Origin: an uncultured Flavonifractor sp.
GTDB lineage: Bacteria > Bacillota > Clostridia > Oscillospirales > Oscillospiraceae
Direction of reading: 5' to 3'
DNA: 24,000 nt
Assembly (NCBI RefSeq): GCF_944383115.1
Contig: NZ_CALWOJ010000014.1
Location: 1-24,000 of the forward strand
In this document: piece after piece, positions 22,407 to 24,000 of the stretch
Numbering within the stretch: the first letter of the stretch is position 1
How the letters are laid out: every line of letters starts with the position of its first letter
Position numbers and translations under genes: made by a program
The notes under the pieces: generated by a model
Told to the model about the DNA's origin: nothing
Databases searched by the model: none
What the model saw: only the letters and a program-made list of their open reading frames with translations

Positions 22407-23273
22407 TTGAAACACACGCTCAGCTACTATGTGAAAAGCTACGCCGTCATTACCCTGGGCTCCCTGCTCTACGCCCTGGCGTACAACATTTTCTACGCCC
22501 CCAACCTGGTGGCCATGGGGGGCCTTACCGGCCTGGGCCAGGTACTCAACGCCCTGATCCCCGTTCTGCCGGTGGGTACCACGGTGTTTGTGATGAACGT
22601 GCCCCTCTTCTTTTTGGGGTGGAAGTTCATTGGCGGGCACCTGCTGGTATCCTCCCTGTATGCCATGACCTTCAGCTCCTTTGCCATCGACGTGCTGGAC
22701 ATGATCTACCAGTTCCCGCCCATGGATACCATGCTGGCCGCCATCTTCGGCGGGGCCCTGCTGGGGGCGGGCATCGGCCTGGTATTCTCCAAGGGAGCCA
22801 CCACCGGCGGTACCGACCTCATCGCCCGGCTGCTCAAGCTGAAATTTGCCTGGCTGCCCATGGGCACCCTGGTCCTTATCCCCGACTTTATCGTCATCGT
22901 GCTGGCCGCCATCGCCTTTGGCAGGGTGGAGAGCGCCCTGTACGGCCTGGTGTCCCTGTTCATCACCTCCAAGGTGATGGATATGGTACTCTACGGCCTG
23001 GACAGCTCCAAGGTGGCCTATATCATCAGTGACTCCTGCAAGGCGATCACCGACGCGGTGATCGCCATGGACCGGGGGGCCACCATCCTCCACGGAGAGG
23101 GGGCCTACTCCGGGGACCAGAAAAAGGTGCTGATGGTGGCCTTCAAGCAGAAGGAGATCGTGCCTTTAAAGGAGAAAGTCAACGAGATTGATCCCCACGC
23201 CTTCCTCATCGTGTGCGACGCCCACGACGTGCTGGGGGAGGGCTTCCGCACCTACAGCAAAGACGACATCTAA
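22407..23273 (+). CDS. YitT-family membrane protein (DUF2179 C-terminal domain)
   Basis: TM-rich N-terminus (AYNIFYAPNLVAMGGLTGLGQV, GGTDLIA) and a soluble C-terminal domain (MVAFKQKEIVPLKEKVNEIDPHAFLIV). TTG start with GAGGAA upstream. Confidence 0.85.
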   Translation: MKHTLSYYVKSYAVITLGSLLYALAYNIFYAPNLVAMGGLTGLGQVLNALIPVLPVGTTVFVMNVPLFFLGWKFIGGHLLVSSLYAMTFSSFAIDVLDMIYQFPPMDTMLAAIFGGALLGAGIGLVFSKGATTGGTDLIARLLKLKFAWLPMGTLVLIPDFIVIVLAAIAFGRVESALYGLVSLFITSKVMDMVLYGLDSSKVAYIISDSCKAITDAVIAMDRGATILHGEGAYSGDQKKVLMVAFKQKEIVPLKEKVNEIDPHAFLIVCDAHDVLGEGFRTYSKDDI

Positions 23274-23307
23274 GCCCCGGCGGGCCATAGAGAAAGGAAG
23301 GGTTTCC

Positions 23308-23898
23308 ATGACGGATTTCACCAAAGTAAAAGCCAATCTGGAGCGGCAGGGTTTTGATGTGACCTGCTTTGCCACGGCGGCGGAGGCGGCCCAATACCTG
23401 ACCGGCAAGCTGGCGGGGAAAACGGTAGGTCACGGCGGCTCCGTCACCCTGCAGGAGATGGGCCTGTCCGAGAAGCTCAGCGCCTGCGCCACGGTGTACA
23501 GCCACTGGAACGGCCACAGCTTTGCTGAGGCTGCCGCCGCGCCGGTCTACCTGACCTCGGTGAACGGCCTGGCGGAGACCGGGGAGATCGTCAATATTGA
23601 CGGTACCGGCAACCGGGTGGCCTCCACCATCTTCGGCCATGAGGAGGTCTACTTTATCGTAGGCCGCAACAAGCTCTCCCCCGACTACGACGCCGCCCTG
23701 TGGCGGGCCCGCAACATCGCCTCCCCCAAGAACGCCCAGCGTCTGAAGAAAGCCACCCCCTGCGCGGCAAAGGGGGACAAGTGCTATGATTGCAGCAGTC
23801 CTGAGCGGATCTGCCGGGCCTTGACGGTGCTTTGGGAAAAGCCCACCGGAGTGGGCCGGGCCGAGGTGGTACTGATCGACGAGGATCTGGGCTATTGA
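23308..23898 (+). CDS. LUD-domain (LutC/YkgG-like) lactate-utilisation-family protein
   Basis: LTSVNGLAETGEIVNIDGTGNRVAS and VYFIVGRNKL are typical of LUD/DUF162 proteins, and the C-terminus has a Cys cluster. I chose the start at MTDFTK (ATG 23308) with GAAAGGAAGGG upstream. Confidence 0.75.
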   Translation: MTDFTKVKANLERQGFDVTCFATAAEAAQYLTGKLAGKTVGHGGSVTLQEMGLSEKLSACATVYSHWNGHSFAEAAAAPVYLTSVNGLAETGEIVNIDGTGNRVASTIFGHEEVYFIVGRNKLSPDYDAALWRARNIASPKNAQRLKKATPCAAKGDKCYDCSSPERICRALTVLWEKPTGVGRAEVVLIDEDLGY

Positions 23899-23919
23899 CC
23901 TGAGAAAGGAGGCGCGGCG

Positions 23920-24000
23920 GTGAAACGGAGGGTATGGGCATGGACGCTGAGTCTGGCCCTGCTGCTGTCGGGCTGTTCTCTGTCTGGGTCCGTCTACACG
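23920..24000 (+). CDS. Lipoprotein, N-terminal fragment (runs off the window)
   Basis: GTG start after GAAAGGAGG. The signal peptide VKRRVWAWTLSLALLLSGCS carries an LSGC lipobox. The frame is open to the window end. Confidence 0.5.
   Translation, partial: MKRRVWAWTLSLALLLSGCSLSGSVYT

Overview
This is a high-GC, Clostridia-type chromosomal window (Oscillospiraceae-like, judged only from protein flavour and codon bias). It is almost fully coding and forms two divergent blocks that meet at 11235-11377. The minus-strand block (11234 down to 1) carries miaB, a RAYT/IS200-like Y1 transposase gene, mutS, a CPBP intramembrane protease, mutL, hfq, an orphan HlyD/membrane-fusion-like protein, yggS (ylmE), sepF and divIVA. 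It ends with a terminator/promoter and the 5' half of an Ile-specific T-box leader that presumably runs into ileS beyond position 1. The plus-strand block carries an alanine-racemase-fold protein, dtd, an MBL hydrolase, a hemZ-like radical SAM gene, a uridine-kinase-like P-loop protein, Mrp/ApbC, a membrane-anchored amidase_2, a 40-codon ORF, a parE/parC-like type IIA topoisomerase pair, YitT, a LUD-domain protein and the start of a lipoprotein. I saw no rRNA, tRNA or CRISPR. I do not see a convincing novel multi-gene defence or secretion system; most of the window is housekeeping DNA. Three signals are not ordinary. (1) A family of GTAG-headed GC-rich hairpins (REP-like, 9-nt arms, 4-nt loops): three near-identical copies inside or just upstream of the RAYT gene, a head-to-head pair in the mutL-CPBP spacer, and a related copy inside the mutL linker. 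(2) An alanine racemase homologue with both catalytic residues apparently substituted, directly upstream of dtd. (3) Two unusually structured or AT-rich spacers (15966-16179 and 17002-17170), plus an hfq leader hairpin. The very long ORFs antisense to real genes are GC-bias artefacts.
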